Part shown: positions 1 to 11,152 of the stretch, in pieces
Layout: each line of letters opens with the position of its first letter
How positions within the stretch are numbered: position 1 is the stretch's first letter
Assembly: GCA_963662945.1 (NCBI GenBank)
Contig: OY759974.1
Span: 2,368,001 to 2,432,000 of the forward strand
Source: Arcobacteraceae bacterium
GTDB lineage: Bacteria > Campylobacterota > Campylobacteria > Campylobacterales > Arcobacteraceae
DNA length: 64,000 nucleotides
Direction of reading: 5' to 3'
The notes under the pieces: generated by a model
Told to the model about the DNA's origin: nothing
What the model saw: only the letters and a program-made list of their open reading frames with translations
The model's database searches: none
Made by a program: the position numbers and the translations under genes

Positions 1-343
1 CACCTTCTTGGATTCCAGCTTGAAAGATATTAAATAAGCTGTGTTTTGCACCAACACTTACAATTACCTCAGATGGATCGTAGTTTAGATTATTGTCTCT
101 TTTTAGTTTACCACATATAGCTTCTCTACAAAGAGGAGTTCCCTCAACAGCTGTATATCGAGTATCGTTATTCTCCATAGCTTTAATTGCTGCATCTTTT
201 ATAATTTGAGGTGTACCAAAATCTGGTTCACCTGCACTAAAACTTAGCACATCTTTTCCTGCTGCTTTTAATTCTCTTGACAGTGTAGTGATAGCTATTG
301 TAATTGACTCAGAAAGCCTATCCATTCTACTTGCAATTTCCAT
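1..343 (-). CDS. PLP-dependent aminotransferase, class I/II (aspartate aminotransferase-like), 3' end cut by window edge
   Basis: Hand translation from ATG at 343: MEIASRMDRLSESITIAITTLSRELKAAGKDVLSFSAGEPDFGTP; GEPDF motif; AAGGA RBS upstream; absent from the ORF track. Confidence 0.9.
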   Translation of the reverse strand, partial: MEIASRMDRLSESITIAITTLSRELKAAGKDVLSFSAGEPDFGTPQIIKDAAIKAMENNDTRYTAVEGTPLCREAICGKLKRDNNLNYDPSEVIVSVGAKHSLFNIFQAGIQEG

Positions 344-571
344 ATATTGTTCCTTTTGAGAAGTTCATTTTATTTTGTGGCGAATTATACATAAATATTA
401 ATCAATATTTTATTAAATTTAAGATAGCCTAATATAAAAATTTTAGGAATTTAAATGAGATTAATTATAATTGGATTATTAGTAAGTTTGATTTTTATAG
501 GATGTGGTTATAAAGCAGATCCAATTTATGTTGATAATGATAAAACTGAACAAAAGGTAGAAAAGTAATAT

Positions 572-2026
572 ATGATATATGATTATTTAATTGTAGGTAC
601 AGGGGTTGCTGGATTAAATGCAGCAAGACTTGTTCCAAAAGATAAAAAAGTATTAGTAGTATGTAAAAAAACACCTTGGGAATGTAATACATTTTGGGCA
701 CAAGGTGGAGTTGTACGAGCTAGAGACAAAAAAGATATACCACTTCATATCCATGATACCATGGTTGCAGGGGTCAATTTAAATGACCTTAAAGCTGTTG
801 AAACATTAAGTGAACACTCAATAGAAGCTATAGACAATCTTATGGCAAATGGTTTTGTATTTGATAAAAATGCAAAAGGTGAATTAGCTTTTACAAAAGA
901 AGCAGCACATAGTACAAGCAGAATTTTACATGCTGATGGAGATGCAACTGGACGTATGTTACATATGTTCTTATTACAACAATGTCCCCATGAAGTTGTG
1001 ACAGATTCTATAGTAATTGATCTTTTGTATGAAGATGGAATATGTTATGGAGCACATTTAATAGCTAATGGAAAAGATAAAATAGTATATGCGCACAATA
1101 CAATTCTTGCAAGTGGTGGAGTAGGTTCTATTTATAGATATCATACGAACTCAGTTACAATTGCTGGTGATATTCAAGGTATTTGTATTGAAAAGGGTAT
1201 AAAACTAAAAGATATGGAAATGATGCAATTTCATCCAACAGTATTTATTGAATCAGATTTACCAAGAAAACAGCTTTTAACAGAAGCATTAAGAGGTGAG
1301 GGTGCAATTATTGAAGATGAAGATGGTTATGCATTTTTAAAAGACTATCATGAAGATGCAGAGTTAGCACCAAGAGATGTTGTTAGTCGAGCTTTATTTG
1401 ATTATCACAAAAAAACGGGTTCTAAAATATATCTTTCATTTAGAAATTTTGAAAAAAATGTATTTAAAAAAAGATTTCCAAATATTTATAAAAATCTTAT
1501 GGATATTGGATATGATCTTCCTTTTGAAAGAGTTCCAATTAGTCCTGCATTTCATTATAGTATGGGTGGAATTGAAGTTGAACTTAACTCAAAAGTAAAA
1601 AATAGTAAAAATCTTTATGCTGTAGGTGAAGTTGCTTGTACCGGTGTACATGGTGCCAATAGATTAGCATCAAATTCATTACTAGAAGGACTTGTTTTTT
1701 CTAAATTAGCAGTTGAAACAGCTGAAAAAGAAAATTTTAAAATTGATTTGAAAAATTTTAAAAATAAAGACAATCAACCACACTATGAATTACAAAAAAC
1801 TACAGATAAAGCAATAAAAAATGCTTTAAGAAATTTGATGTGGACTAGTGTTGGTATTGTGAGACAAAGACAAGACTTAATTGATGCTTTAGAAGAGATA
1901 GATAGCTTTTTAAGTGAGAATGTAGGCCGATTACTTTTTTTAAGGTTACTTACGGCAAAATCCATTATTCAAAGTGCCTTGGATAGAAAAAAATCTATAG
2001 GTGCGCATTATATTAAGGAGAAATAA
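572..2026 (+). CDS. nadB: L-aspartate oxidase
   Basis: GTGVAG FAD motif, WAQGG, EAAHS, QFHPT, EALRGEG, ELAPRD, HGANRLASNSLLE. Confidence 0.95.
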   Translation: MIYDYLIVGTGVAGLNAARLVPKDKKVLVVCKKTPWECNTFWAQGGVVRARDKKDIPLHIHDTMVAGVNLNDLKAVETLSEHSIEAIDNLMANGFVFDKNAKGELAFTKEAAHSTSRILHADGDATGRMLHMFLLQQCPHEVVTDSIVIDLLYEDGICYGAHLIANGKDKIVYAHNTILASGGVGSIYRYHTNSVTIAGDIQGICIEKGIKLKDMEMMQFHPTVFIESDLPRKQLLTEALRGEGAIIEDEDGYAFLKDYHEDAELAPRDVVSRALFDYHKKTGSKIYLSFRNFEKNVFKKRFPNIYKNLMDIGYDLPFERVPISPAFHYSMGGIEVELNSKVKNSKNLYAVGEVACTGVHGANRLASNSLLEGLVFSKLAVETAEKENFKIDLKNFKNKDNQPHYELQKTTDKAIKNALRNLMWTSVGIVRQRQDLIDALEEIDSFLSENVGRLLFLRLLTAKSIIQSALDRKKSIGAHYIKEK

Positions 2027-3408
2027 TGGTTAAACTACTTTTAGTTAGTTTAGCAAGTGTATTTGCATTTGCAAGTGGTGGAGGAGCCTCTACAGGTGTT
2101 GAGATACCTGATTTAACAATGACATGGGTAGGTATTGCTTCTTTGATTATTTTTGTTGTTGGGTATTATTTTGTTGCAATGGAAGAAAAATATCATATTG
2201 ACAAAGCAAAACCAGCTTTATTAACAGGTACTTTCCTTTTTATGATGATTGCTGCATATTATGCATTTAATCATATGAATATGGATTTAGTTCATACACA
2301 AGTACAACATCTTATTTTAGAGATAGCGGAAATCTTCTTCTTCTTATTTGTTGCTATGACATATATTGAGTCTATGATTCACATGGGTGTATTTGATAGA
2401 TTAAAATATAATTTAGTATCAAAAGGATATACATATAGAAAATTATTTTGGGTAACAGGATTTTTAGCATTCTTTATCTCTCCTGTTGCAGATAACTTAA
2501 CAACAGCGTTAATTCTTTCAACCGTTTTAATTACAATTGAAAGAGAAAAGAAAGAGTTTTTAGTACCAGGTGCTATAAATATTGTTGTTGCTGCAAATGC
2601 AGGTGGTGCATGGTCTCCATTTGGTGATATCACAACACTTATGGCTTGGACAGCAGGAAAAGGTGCTTTCTCAGATTTCTTATTTTTATTTCCAGCTGCA
2701 ATTTTAGGGTATCTTGTAACTGCATATTTATTATCTAAAATTGTACCAAACACAACACCAGAATTTGATGCTTCTACAGAAAAAAAACCTGAATTAATGA
2801 AAGGTGCAAATGTTGTTATTGGATTAGGTGTATTTACAATTTTTTGTGCTGTTATAGGACATCAAGTTTTACATGTACCAGCTATGTGGGGTATGATGTT
2901 TGGTTTAGCATTATTAAAAATGTATGCATACAGAATGAAAAAAGTTCATAAAACAGAATTTAATATTTATCATTCTATGGCAAAAATAGAAAATAATACA
3001 TTATTATTTTTCTTTGGTATTTTAGCTGCAGTTGGAGCATTATATTTTATTGGTTGGTTAGCATTAGCAGCACATGTTTATTCTCCAGATGTATTTGGTC
3101 CAACAGCATCTAATATTGGTGTTGGTTTTTTATCTGCTATTGTTGATAACGTTCCTGTTATGTCTGCCGTATTAAAAGCAAATCCAGATATGGTTCACGC
3201 ACAATGGATGTTAGTAACACTTACAGCTGGTGTTGGTGGTTCATTAATCTCTTTTGGATCAGCAGCTGGTGTTGGAGTTATGGGTAAATTACCAGGAGTT
3301 TATACTTTTGGATCTCATATGAAATATGCTTGGACAGTGTTAATAGGGTATATTGTTTCTGTAGCTGTATGGTATGGACAATTTATTGTATTAGGAATTG
3401 GTGCATAA
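2026..3408 (+). CDS. nhaD: Na+/H+ antiporter, NhaD family
   Basis: Polytopic membrane protein; ADNLTTAL, AANAGGAWSPFGDITT, SAIVDNVP, GGSLISFGSAAGV. Confidence 0.9.
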   Translation: MVKLLLVSLASVFAFASGGGASTGVEIPDLTMTWVGIASLIIFVVGYYFVAMEEKYHIDKAKPALLTGTFLFMMIAAYYAFNHMNMDLVHTQVQHLILEIAEIFFFLFVAMTYIESMIHMGVFDRLKYNLVSKGYTYRKLFWVTGFLAFFISPVADNLTTALILSTVLITIEREKKEFLVPGAINIVVAANAGGAWSPFGDITTLMAWTAGKGAFSDFLFLFPAAILGYLVTAYLLSKIVPNTTPEFDASTEKKPELMKGANVVIGLGVFTIFCAVIGHQVLHVPAMWGMMFGLALLKMYAYRMKKVHKTEFNIYHSMAKIENNTLLFFFGILAAVGALYFIGWLALAAHVYSPDVFGPTASNIGVGFLSAIVDNVPVMSAVLKANPDMVHAQWMLVTLTAGVGGSLISFGSAAGVGVMGKLPGVYTFGSHMKYAWTVLIGYIVSVAVWYGQFIVLGIGA

Positions 3409-3424
3409 CTAATTCTTACTTTCT

Positions 3425-3458
3425 AAAAGGCTAAGGAGAAATCCTTAGCCTTTTTTTT
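3425..3458 (+). terminator. Intrinsic terminator after nhaD
   Basis: GGCTAAGGA-gaaa-TCCTTAGCC followed by a T run. Confidence 0.9.
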
Positions 3459-3509
3459 ACCTTCTTTTTGGTATAATCTGCCTAATTATAGTATTTTAAA
3501 GGATTTTAT

Positions 3510-5048
3510 TTGAAACATGTGCCAATATTAGTTTTAGACTTTGGGAGTCAATATACACAACTTATCTCAAAAAGATTGAGAAATAGTGGATTTTATTCTG
3601 AAATAGTTCCATATAATGAATCAATCGAAGATATAAAAGCAAGAACTCCTAAAGGGATAGTTTTGAGTGGAGGACCTGCTTCAGTTTATGCAGATGATGC
3701 ATATAAAGTAGATGAAGCTATTTTTGATTTAGGATTACCAGTATTAGGTATTTGTTACGGTATGCAAACAATTGCACATTATTTAGGTGGAAGTGTTATA
3801 CCTGCTGATCATCATGAATATGGAAAAGCAAAGTTAAAAGTTGAAGATGCTAGTTGTCCTATATTTAAAGATGTAACAGATGAAGAAGTTGTATGGATGT
3901 CTCATGGTGATAGAGTAGAGTCTTTACCAACTGGATTTAAAGTAATTGGTACAAGTGAAAACTCACCTTATGCAGCTATTGCAAATGAAGAAAAAAATAT
4001 TTATGCATTTCAATATCATCCAGAAGTAACACATAGTGTTGAGGGTGCACATATGCTTACAAATTTTGCAAAGTATATTTGTGGATGTGAAAAAAACTGG
4101 AATATGGGAAATTTTGCTAAAGAGCAAATTGAAAAAATTAGAGCACAAGTAGGTGATAAAAAAGTTCTTTGTGGTGTAAGTGGTGGCGTTGACAGTTCTG
4201 TTGTTGCTACACTTTTAGCTGAAGCAATTGGAGATAAATTAGTACCAGTATTTGTAAATAATGGACTTTTAAGAGCCAATGAAGTTCAAGATGTTCAAAA
4301 TATGTTTGTAACAAGAGGAATTAATCTTATTACTGTAGATGCATCAAATGAATTTTTAAGTAAATTAGCAGGTGTTACAGACCCTGAAACTAAAAGAAAA
4401 ATAATTGGTGAAACATTTATTGAAGTATTTGATAAAGAAGCTAAAAAACATGATGGTATAGAATTTTTGGCACAAGGTACTTTATATACAGATGTTATTG
4501 AATCTGTTTCAGTTAAAGGACCTTCTAAAACTATTAAATCTCATCACAATGTAGGTGGACTTCCTGATTGGATGACATTTGAACTTATTGAACCATTAAG
4601 AGAAATTTTTAAAGATGAAGTACGAACTTTAGGACTAGAACTAGGATTACCTTCTCAAATGATTGGAAGACATCCTTTTCCTGGACCAGGACTTGCTATT
4701 AGAATTATGGGTGAAGTTAATGAAGCAGATTTAACAATCTTACGACAAGCAGATACGATTATGTTAGAAGAACTACGAGCTAGTGGTTGGTATGATAAAA
4801 CATGGCAAGCTTTTACAGTACTTTTAAATGTAAAATCAGTTGGTGTTATGGGAGATAATCGAACTTATGATAACACAGCTTGTATAAGAATTGTTAACGC
4901 AATCGATGGGATGACTGCGACATTTGCATATATTCCACATGATATATTGGAAGTTATGAGTAGAAGAATTATTAATGAAGTTGATGGAATCAATAGAGTA
5001 GTATATGATATCTCTTCAAAACCACCAGCAACAATAGAGTGGGAATAA
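3510..5048 (+). CDS. guaA: GMP synthase (glutamine-hydrolysing)
   Basis: [43 protein letters not shown] start after AAGGA. Confidence 0.98.
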   Translation: MKHVPILVLDFGSQYTQLISKRLRNSGFYSEIVPYNESIEDIKARTPKGIVLSGGPASVYADDAYKVDEAIFDLGLPVLGICYGMQTIAHYLGGSVIPADHHEYGKAKLKVEDASCPIFKDVTDEEVVWMSHGDRVESLPTGFKVIGTSENSPYAAIANEEKNIYAFQYHPEVTHSVEGAHMLTNFAKYICGCEKNWNMGNFAKEQIEKIRAQVGDKKVLCGVSGGVDSSVVATLLAEAIGDKLVPVFVNNGLLRANEVQDVQNMFVTRGINLITVDASNEFLSKLAGVTDPETKRKIIGETFIEVFDKEAKKHDGIEFLAQGTLYTDVIESVSVKGPSKTIKSHHNVGGLPDWMTFELIEPLREIFKDEVRTLGLELGLPSQMIGRHPFPGPGLAIRIMGEVNEADLTILRQADTIMLEELRASGWYDKTWQAFTVLLNVKSVGVMGDNRTYDNTACIRIVNAIDGMTATFAYIPHDILEVMSRRIINEVDGINRVVYDISSKPPATIEWE

Positions 5049-5151
5049 AAGTTAAAATTTTACTTCATTTTGTACTCAGCCCAAGTTTGAAGTACTAATA
5101 GTACATCTTCACTTGGACTGTGCAACAATCTAAAGCAAACTCTTAACTTTT
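5047..5151. repeat. 105-bp imperfect inverted-repeat element
   Basis: Ends AAAAGTTAA/TTAACTTTT; inner pairs CCAAGT/ACTTGG and GTACT-aat-AGTAC. Confidence 0.7.
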
Positions 5152-5176
5152 CAGTATTTTAGAAATTCCTTATTTT

Positions 5177-5210
5177 TGTGACACTAGATGTGACATTTAT
5201 TTGATATAAT
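5177..5210 (+). promoter_or_regulatory. Extended -10 promoter preceded by a TGTGACA direct repeat
   Basis: TGTGACA at 5177 and 5189; TGaTATAAT at 5202-5210; AAGGA RBS before 5233. Confidence 0.55.
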
Positions 5211-5232
5211 TTAATTATATTAAAGGAACTCA

Positions 5233-5640
5233 ATGAAAAATAATTTAAAACTACAAAAAGCTTTTTCACTTATTGAACTTATTTTTGTTATTGCTATTTT
5301 AGGTATCATTGCAACTATTGCGGTCCCAAAACTTTTAAATTCTAGAAGTAGTGCAGTTGTTACAACAATCAAGCAAGATATTAGTACAATAACAACAGCA
5401 ATACAATCACAATATATGTTAAATGGTAATATTGATAAAATTACAGACTCAGTAACAATAAATGAAAAAAATTGGAAAGTCGAAGATAAAAAATTAGTGT
5501 ATGATATTGATGGTAAAGATTGTGTAACCATTGAAGTAACAACAAATAGTTTAGTAGTAACAATAAAAGAAAAATCTAGTAGTTTGTGTCAAAAACTTTA
5601 TGATGCAGGTATTAAAAATACAACATATGATTTAATATAG
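5233..5640 (+). CDS. Prepilin-type N-terminal cleavage/methylation domain protein (pseudopilin)
   Basis: KA/FSLIELIFVIAILGIIA type IV pilin signal; C-terminal Cys pair. Confidence 0.88.
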   Translation: MKNNLKLQKAFSLIELIFVIAILGIIATIAVPKLLNSRSSAVVTTIKQDISTITTAIQSQYMLNGNIDKITDSVTINEKNWKVEDKKLVYDIDGKDCVTIEVTTNSLVVTIKEKSSSLCQKLYDAGIKNTTYDLI

Positions 5641-5646
5641 GATAAC

Positions 5647-6171
5647 ATGGATAAAGTAGTTTTTTTAGACAGAGATGGTGTGATAAATATTGAAAAGAAT
5701 TATCTTCATAAGATTGATGATTTTGAATTTATTGATGGTGTTTTTAGCTCATTACAATATCTTCAAAAACTTGGATATAAGTTTGTTATTATTACAAATC
5801 AATCAGGAATTGGAAGAGGATATTATAATCCTAAAGACTATGATATCCTAACACACTGGATGAAAGAACAATTTAGAAAAAATAATATTGAGATTGTGGA
5901 AGTCTTCTGTTGTCCGCATGCCCCAAATCAAAATTGTAATTGTAGAAAGCCGAATACCGGGATGATTGAAGAAGCATCTAAAATATTAAATATTGATTAT
6001 TCTAATTCATGGCTTATTGGAGACAAAGACTCAGATATCCAAACAGCAATTAATGCAAATATAAAAAATACTATTCAAGTTCGTTCTGGACATAAGTTTA
6101 ATGAAAAGCAATCAAGGGCAGACTTTATCATAGATTCTGTTAAAGATATACCAAATATTATAAAAGAGTAA
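5647..6171 (+). CDS. gmhB: D-glycero-D-manno-heptose 1,7-bisphosphate phosphatase
   Basis: FLDRDGVIN HAD motif, TNQSGIGRG, CPH...CNCRKP zinc site. Confidence 0.93.
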   Translation: MDKVVFLDRDGVINIEKNYLHKIDDFEFIDGVFSSLQYLQKLGYKFVIITNQSGIGRGYYNPKDYDILTHWMKEQFRKNNIEIVEVFCCPHAPNQNCNCRKPNTGMIEEASKILNIDYSNSWLIGDKDSDIQTAINANIKNTIQVRSGHKFNEKQSRADFIIDSVKDIPNIIKE

Positions 6172-6219
6172 AGTTATTTTAGATAGAATCTTACAAATTT
6201 AAAAAATATTGGATAAAGT

Positions 6220-6783
6220 ATGTTAGAAACTATAAAAAAAGAGTTTGAATCTCATCTTAAAATTATTCAAACTGTTCAAAATAATATGGAAAGTGCTATT
6301 CAAGATGTTTCAAAGATTGTTGTAGAAACATTAAAAAATGGTAATAAAATTTTAATTTGTGGAAATGGTGGTAGTGCTGCGGATGCACAACATTTTGCAG
6401 CGGAGTTAACTGGAAGATATAAAACAGAAAGAAAAGGACTTCCTGGAATCGCTCTGACAACAGATACTAGTGCATTAACAGCAATTGGAAATGATTACGG
6501 ATATGATAGGGTTTTTGATAGACAAACAGAAGCTTTAGCTAATAAAGGTGATCTTCTTATTGGTATTAGTACAAGTGGAAATAGTAAAAATGTTATAAGT
6601 GCTTTACAACTTGCAAAAGAGATGGGATGTAAGACAATAGGTCTTAGTGGTAGAGATGGTGGAGCTATGAATGATGTTTGTGATATAAATCTTGTAGTGC
6701 CAAGCGATAATACACCTAGAATACAGGAAATGCATATACTTTTTATACATACAATATGTCAAATAATTGATGATAATTTTTAA
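6220..6783 (+). CDS. gmhA: Sedoheptulose 7-phosphate isomerase
   Basis: [29 protein letters not shown]. Confidence 0.96.
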   Translation: MLETIKKEFESHLKIIQTVQNNMESAIQDVSKIVVETLKNGNKILICGNGGSAADAQHFAAELTGRYKTERKGLPGIALTTDTSALTAIGNDYGYDRVFDRQTEALANKGDLLIGISTSGNSKNVISALQLAKEMGCKTIGLSGRDGGAMNDVCDINLVVPSDNTPRIQEMHILFIHTICQIIDDNF

Positions 6784-6792
6784 GGAATATTA

Positions 6793-7341
6793 ATGAAAAT
6801 TTTAACTGAAGAACAAAAAAATATTTTATTGGAAAGTATTAGAGATATACCTGATTTCCCAAAACCTGGAATAATTTTTAAAGATATTACAACTTTACTA
6901 AATAATAAAGAGGCATTTAAATTATTGATGGATCATTTAGAAGCTAGATATAAAGATATGAATTTAGATTATGTTGCTGGACTTGATGCCAGAGGTTTTA
7001 TATTTGGTGCTACATTAGCAGATAGATTAGGTATTGGGTTTGTTCCTATTAGAAAAAAAGGAAAACTTCCTAGTGCTACAATTTGTGAAAAATATGAACT
7101 AGAATATGGTTTTGACGAAGTTGAGATTCATCTTGATGCTTTTCATAACAATGAAAATGCAAATGTATTGGTAATAGATGATTTATGTGCAACAGGTGGA
7201 ACAGCTACAGCTGCTGCAAAACTCGTACTTGATGCAAAAGCAAATTTAATTGAAACATGTTTTTTAATGAATTTAAAATTTTTAGCAGGGGATGAAAAAG
7301 TAAAAAAATATTCACCTGTTTATAGTGTACTAGATATTTAA
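6793..7341 (+). CDS. apt: Adenine phosphoribosyltransferase
   Basis: [34 protein letters not shown]. Confidence 0.96.
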   Translation: MKILTEEQKNILLESIRDIPDFPKPGIIFKDITTLLNNKEAFKLLMDHLEARYKDMNLDYVAGLDARGFIFGATLADRLGIGFVPIRKKGKLPSATICEKYELEYGFDEVEIHLDAFHNNENANVLVIDDLCATGGTATAAAKLVLDAKANLIETCFLMNLKFLAGDEKVKKYSPVYSVLDI

Positions 7342-7354
7342 AGGATAATTTTAT

Positions 7355-8563
7355 ATGGCAAATTATATACCAAAAGCAAGTATTTATGATCCTGATTCAA
7401 ATGGTCATTTTGGAATGTTTGGAGGACGATATGTTCCTGAAACATTAATGCCAATACTATTAGAATTAGAAGAAGAATATAAAAAGTATAGATTCAACAA
7501 AAAATTTTGGGCAGAAGTAAATCATTTGCTAGAAGAATATGTTGGTCGACCAAATCCATTATATTTAGCTCAAAATATTAGTGATGAAATAGGCGCAAAG
7601 GTATATTTAAAAAGAGAAGATTTAAATCATACAGGTGCACATAAAGTAAATAATGTTATTGCACAAGGTTTATTAGCAAAAAAACTTGGAAAAACAAAAG
7701 TTATAGCTGAAACAGGTGCTGGACAACATGGTGTTGCAACTGCAACTATTGCTGCATTAATGGGATTAGAGTGTACTATATTTATGGGTGCAAAAGATGT
7801 TGCAAGGCAAGAGTTAAATGTATTTCGTATGAAACTTTTGGGTGCAAAAGTTATCCCAGTAGAATCAGGAAGTCAATCATTAAAAGATGCTATGAATGAT
7901 GCCATAAGATATTGGGTTACAAATGCAAGAGATACGTTTTATATTATAGGTACTGTTGCAGGTCCACATCCTTATCCTATGATGATAAGGGATTTTCAAG
8001 CTATTATTGGATGGGAAGCACGAGGGCAAATTCTTGAAAAAGAAGGTACATTACCTGATTATGTATTAGCTTGTATTGGTGGTGGTTCAAATGCCATTGG
8101 AATGTTTAGTCATTTTCTTGAGGATAAAAAAGTAACTTGTATAGGTATTGAAGCTGGTGGATTGGGAATTGATACAGATAAACATGGATGTAGTTTAAAA
8201 AAAGGAAGTCCTGGTATTTTACATGGTCAATGTTCATACTTACTTCAAGATGAAGACGGACAAGTTCAAGAAGCGCATAGTATAAGTGCAGGACTTGATT
8301 ATCCAGGAATTGGTCCTGAACATTCATATCACAATGATTTAGGAACAGTTGAATATGACCATGTAACTGATGATGAAGCATTAGAAGCTTTTGTTTGGTT
8401 AAGTCAAAAAGAGGGAATTATTCCTGCTTTTGAATCAAGTCATGCTATTGCTTATCTTAAAAAAGCAAAAGAAAGATTTCAAGGAAAAACTGTAATTGTA
8501 AATTTATCTGGTCGAGGTGATAAAGATATGATACAAGCAAAAAATATTTTAAAATTTGACTAG
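7355..8563 (+). CDS. trpB: Tryptophan synthase beta chain
   Basis: [44 protein letters not shown]. Confidence 0.97.
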   Translation: MANYIPKASIYDPDSNGHFGMFGGRYVPETLMPILLELEEEYKKYRFNKKFWAEVNHLLEEYVGRPNPLYLAQNISDEIGAKVYLKREDLNHTGAHKVNNVIAQGLLAKKLGKTKVIAETGAGQHGVATATIAALMGLECTIFMGAKDVARQELNVFRMKLLGAKVIPVESGSQSLKDAMNDAIRYWVTNARDTFYIIGTVAGPHPYPMMIRDFQAIIGWEARGQILEKEGTLPDYVLACIGGGSNAIGMFSHFLEDKKVTCIGIEAGGLGIDTDKHGCSLKKGSPGILHGQCSYLLQDEDGQVQEAHSISAGLDYPGIGPEHSYHNDLGTVEYDHVTDDEALEAFVWLSQKEGIIPAFESSHAIAYLKKAKERFQGKTVIVNLSGRGDKDMIQAKNILKFD

Positions 8564-8571
8564 GTAGAATT

Positions 8572-9261
8572 ATGGATTTTTTACAAAAAAACTCAGGGAA
8601 GATTGCTACAGTTTTTTTTATATTCTTTTTTTCATATTTAGGATATAACCTTTACCATGCACCAGTTGTTGGGCTAAACGAAAAGTTTTTATATCTTATG
8701 AAAGAACATGGATATGTTATTCTTTTTGCTTGGAGTATACTTGAAGGTGAAATGGGACTTATCATGGGAGGACTATTGTGTCACACAGGTGATATGTGGT
8801 TGCCATTTGCCATTTTTATAGCAGGACTTGGTGGGTTTGTAGGAGATCAAATATATTTTTATATTGGAAGATATAATAAATCGTATGTACATAAAAATTT
8901 TAAAGGACAAAGAAGAAAATTTGCATTAGCGCATTTACTTCTTAAGAAATATGGGTGGCCTATAATATTCGTACAAAGATATATGTATGGTATGAGAACA
9001 GTTATTCCTATATCTATTGGGCTTACAAGATATAGTGCCAAAATGTTCGCATTTATTAATCTTTTAAGTGCTTGGGCTTGGGCAGCTATGACAATTGTTC
9101 CTGTATGGTATTTTGGAGATGAAATACTTAAAGTGTTAGAAATTGCAAAAGAGTATTGGTATGTTGCTGTTCCATTTGGAATTTTAATTGCAGTTAGTAT
9201 TTTATATTATTTCTCTACTGCAACAAAAAAAGAGAAGAAAATTCGGCAAAAGGAAATATAA
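8572..9261 (+). CDS. DedA family membrane protein
   Basis: LEGE..., GDQIYFYIGR, RYMYGMR DedA/VTT motifs. Confidence 0.88.
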   Translation: MDFLQKNSGKIATVFFIFFFSYLGYNLYHAPVVGLNEKFLYLMKEHGYVILFAWSILEGEMGLIMGGLLCHTGDMWLPFAIFIAGLGGFVGDQIYFYIGRYNKSYVHKNFKGQRRKFALAHLLLKKYGWPIIFVQRYMYGMRTVIPISIGLTRYSAKMFAFINLLSAWAWAAMTIVPVWYFGDEILKVLEIAKEYWYVAVPFGILIAVSILYYFSTATKKEKKIRQKEI

Positions 9262-10655
9262 TGAATTTAAATTTAACAACAAAAAAAATAGAAACAGATA
9301 TTGAGATAATATTCGTTAAAAATAAAAAAATAAAAACAGATAAAGAGATATTAGAGCTATTGGATTTTAAGGGAGAAGAGGAACAATCTGTTTTACTTCC
9401 AGAATTAAAAAAACTATATGTTGGTTTACCACAAACTGATAATGAAAGTATTAAAATAGCAGTATCAAGTGCAATAAAAAAACTAAAAACTACAAATTAT
9501 AAATCAGCTTCAATAAAATGTAAAGAGAGTTTACCAGCTTTTATAGAAGGATTTGAATTAGGGAACTATAGTTTTGATAAATACAAATCTAAAAAAGATG
9601 ATAAAGAAGAGATTAATATTTATATTGAAGTGAATGAAATAGATAAAGATATACAAAATAAATTTGAGAAGCATGTTGCAATTTGTACTTCAGTAAATAT
9701 GGCTAGAGATTTTGTTAATACAGCACCTGATGATTTTTATCCAGCTGTTATGGCACAAGAAGCTATCAAGATTGCTACAGATAATGAGTTAGATTGCAAA
9801 ATTCTTGATGAAGATTATTTAGAAGAAAATAAAATGGGTGCAATGTTAGCTGTAGGTCGAGCTAGTCGTCATAAATCCAAGCTAATTCATCTTACATACA
9901 AACCAAAGAAAAAAGCGAAGAAAAAAATTATTTTAGTAGGAAAAGGTCTTACTTATGATAGTGGTGGTTTAAGTTTAAAACCAAGTGATTTTATGGTGAG
10001 TATGAAAAGTGATAAAAGTGGTGGTTGTGCAGTATTAGGTGTAATGAATACTATTGCATCACTTAATTTACCTTTTGAAGTTCATGGAATTATTGGTGCT
10101 GTTGAAAATATGATAGGTGGAAATGCTTATAAGCCAGATGATATTTTAACAGCTAGAAATGGTACAACAATAGAGGTAAAAAATACAGATGCAGAGGGTA
10201 GATTGGTTTTAGCTGATTGTTTATGTTATGCACAAGATGAAATTGAAGATATTGATTATATTTTAGATTTTGCTACATTAACAGGCGCTTGTGTTGTTGG
10301 AGTTGGAGAATATACTAGTGGTGTTATGGGAAATAATTGTGAGTTAAATGATACCTTTGTAAAGTATTCAAATGAAGCTGGAGAACTGGCTACAAAATTA
10401 GATTTTAATAGATATTTGAAAAAAACACTTAAAAGTGAAGTTGCAGATGTGTGTAATATTTCAAATACAAGATATGGCGGAGCCATAACTGCTGGAATGT
10501 TTTTAGATAAATTTATAAAAGAAGAAAATAAACAAAAATGGGTACATATTGATATAGCAGGACCTGCATTTGTAGATAAAGCTTGGGGTTATAATAGTGC
10601 TGGTGCAAGTGGTGCTGGTATTAGGATGACAATAAACTTTTTAGAGAATTTATAA
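9261..10655 (+). CDS. pepA: Leucyl aminopeptidase (M17)
   Basis: VGKGLTYDSGG, NTDAEGRL, ATLTGA, HIDIAG. Confidence 0.95.
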   Translation: MNLNLTTKKIETDIEIIFVKNKKIKTDKEILELLDFKGEEEQSVLLPELKKLYVGLPQTDNESIKIAVSSAIKKLKTTNYKSASIKCKESLPAFIEGFELGNYSFDKYKSKKDDKEEINIYIEVNEIDKDIQNKFEKHVAICTSVNMARDFVNTAPDDFYPAVMAQEAIKIATDNELDCKILDEDYLEENKMGAMLAVGRASRHKSKLIHLTYKPKKKAKKKIILVGKGLTYDSGGLSLKPSDFMVSMKSDKSGGCAVLGVMNTIASLNLPFEVHGIIGAVENMIGGNAYKPDDILTARNGTTIEVKNTDAEGRLVLADCLCYAQDEIEDIDYILDFATLTGACVVGVGEYTSGVMGNNCELNDTFVKYSNEAGELATKLDFNRYLKKTLKSEVADVCNISNTRYGGAITAGMFLDKFIKEENKQKWVHIDIAGPAFVDKAWGYNSAGASGAGIRMTINFLENL

Positions 10656-10656
10656 A

Positions 10657-11136
10657 ATGAACATCAATGAAAAAATTCATGATGATGCACACCTCGATTT
10701 AGAAGAATTAGCCAATAGAAGAGCAGAAGTTTATCTGACTGAACAGTTTCAGAAACTTATTTTAGAAGCAGAAGCGTATGTAGAACAAATTCAGCCAGAA
10801 CAATTAGATTTAAATGACAAAAATATTTTGCTACTTGATGTTCGTGAGCCTGAAGAGTTTGCAAGTGGGTATTTAAGAAAAGAGAATCATCTTACAATTC
10901 CACGAGGAAAGCTAGAATTTGTTGCAATTAAAAAAATACATGAACAATATGGTCATGATGTTTCAATTGTGACATATTGTTTTAAAGGACCAAGAGGACT
11001 TTTAGCAGCTTATCAGTTGAAAAAAATGGGTTTTAAGAATGTAAAAAATTTAAAAGATGGTCTTGTAAACTGGTTAGCTTCAGGACGAACTCTAAAAAGT
11101 TATTTTGGTGAGATTACTTTAGTAAAATCAAAATAA
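10657..11136 (+). CDS. Rhodanese-like domain protein
   Basis: LLDVREPEEF, active loop YCFKGPRG, LKDGLVNW. Confidence 0.85.
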   Translation: MNINEKIHDDAHLDLEELANRRAEVYLTEQFQKLILEAEAYVEQIQPEQLDLNDKNILLLDVREPEEFASGYLRKENHLTIPRGKLEFVAIKKIHEQYGHDVSIVTYCFKGPRGLLAAYQLKKMGFKNVKNLKDGLVNWLASGRTLKSYFGEITLVKSK

Positions 11137-11152
11137 TAGATACACAAGATTT

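Noticed and set aside
5047-5640. Genomic island or prophage integrated at guaA
   Set aside because: No integrase and no duplicated guaA 3' end seen; the downstream genes are ordinary
7355-8563. trpB without trpA as an anomaly
   Set aside because: Scattered trp genes are common in this group, so trpA is probably elsewhere
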